DNA of 64,000 nt from positions 30,952 through 94,951 of the forward strand of contig NW_021832852.1 of the NCBI RefSeq assembly GCF_006345805.1. Direction: 5' to 3'. This document shows positions 63,282-64,000 of the stretch, piece after piece. Every line of letters begins with the position of its first letter. The first letter of the stretch is position 1. Both the position numbers and the translations under genes were made by a program. The DNA is from Octopus sinensis (taxonomy: Eukaryota). Below the pieces are notes generated by a model that saw nothing but the letters and a program-made list of their open reading frames with translations, was not told the DNA's origin and searched no databases.

Positions 63282-64000
63282 AATGGGAATGTTTGAATTA
63301 TAAATAAAAATAAAATAAAAAGATGCAATTTAAACTCGATGGATATAATTTCTGTGTATTAAAAGTCGGCATTTATTCCTAGACCTTTAAAATATTGAAA
63401 AATGAATTTGAATACTAGAATTTCTAGAATTAAAAATATTTTTGAACCAACCACAATAAATAACAATTGGAGAAATGTACTCCAAAAAATTATGTGAATA
63501 TCCATGAATTATAGACAATTTAGCAATTACAAACCAATTCTAGTGATTTAAATGCTAAATATATGGACTATGGGTACATTGTAAAAGTTAAGACGGAAAA
63601 TGTCTTATTAAATAAACGAGGTCTGGAAAACTAAAAATATTAACTTTGCTTGAAATCAATCATTTTGCAGCAAACAGAAAAAAACTTGGTTTTTTAATGC
63701 TCTAGAACTCGAGAAAAATGTGCGAGCTTTCATATGCGGAGCACAACATAAAAAGGGACTATCTTCCTCAAACAATTGAGTGCAGAAAACCAAGAAAATG
63801 AATTGACACAAAATTCACAAATTTAAAACTCGAAATCCTGGAAAATTCTGTCAAAAAATCATTTGAGAACAAATGGTTGCGGAGAGGGAGTCGCTGTGCG
63901 GAGTCGTGTGCATATGCGATGAGTAGTTATGTGATGGATCTCTCGAAAAGCAAAAATCTTTATTACAATGCCCGTTTTACACCAATCTCATCTGAAGAAG

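Noticed and set aside
63700-64000. Possible gag-like or gene fragment at the window end
   Set aside because: The frames are short and stop-rich with no diagnostic motif.

Overview
AT-rich, gene-dense eukaryotic DNA from an animal (SoxB, EGR-type zinc finger, ACK, DOK and ciliary genes IFT57 and CIMIP2C). It uses the standard genetic code and has extremely short spliceosomal introns, mostly 21-32 nt GT-AG. That combination best fits a dicyemid mesozoan (inference). I can support 17 host genes: TACC-like, WDR33, ACK-like pseudokinase, CIMIP2C/FAM166C, VBP1, SoxB, STT3, LIPE, a large coiled-coil gene, CANT1, MTRFR, THG1L, UBE2V, PIN4, DOK-like, IFT57 and a two-finger EGR. They are interleaved with many mobile elements: an intact R4/Dong-type RT-RLE retrotransposon with a 13-bp TSD, several RTE-like insertions with 13-14 bp TSDs (one with a twin-priming inversion), at least six CRE-clade pieces (one with an N-terminal PHD finger), CR1- and Jockey-like relics, a Ginger-like element, a Tigger/pogo element and Tc1 and hAT relics. 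The most striking structure is a 5.8-kb quasi-palindrome (30038-35874) of two inward-facing Helitron 5' ends. Each arm carries a 93-bp satellite (about 25 vs 8 units) that appears to derive from the Helitron helicase coding sequence itself. Single-base homopolymer indels in housekeeping genes suggest long-read consensus errors, so some frameshifted elements may really be intact. All identifications are by motif recognition only; no searches were run, and some boundaries are approximate.
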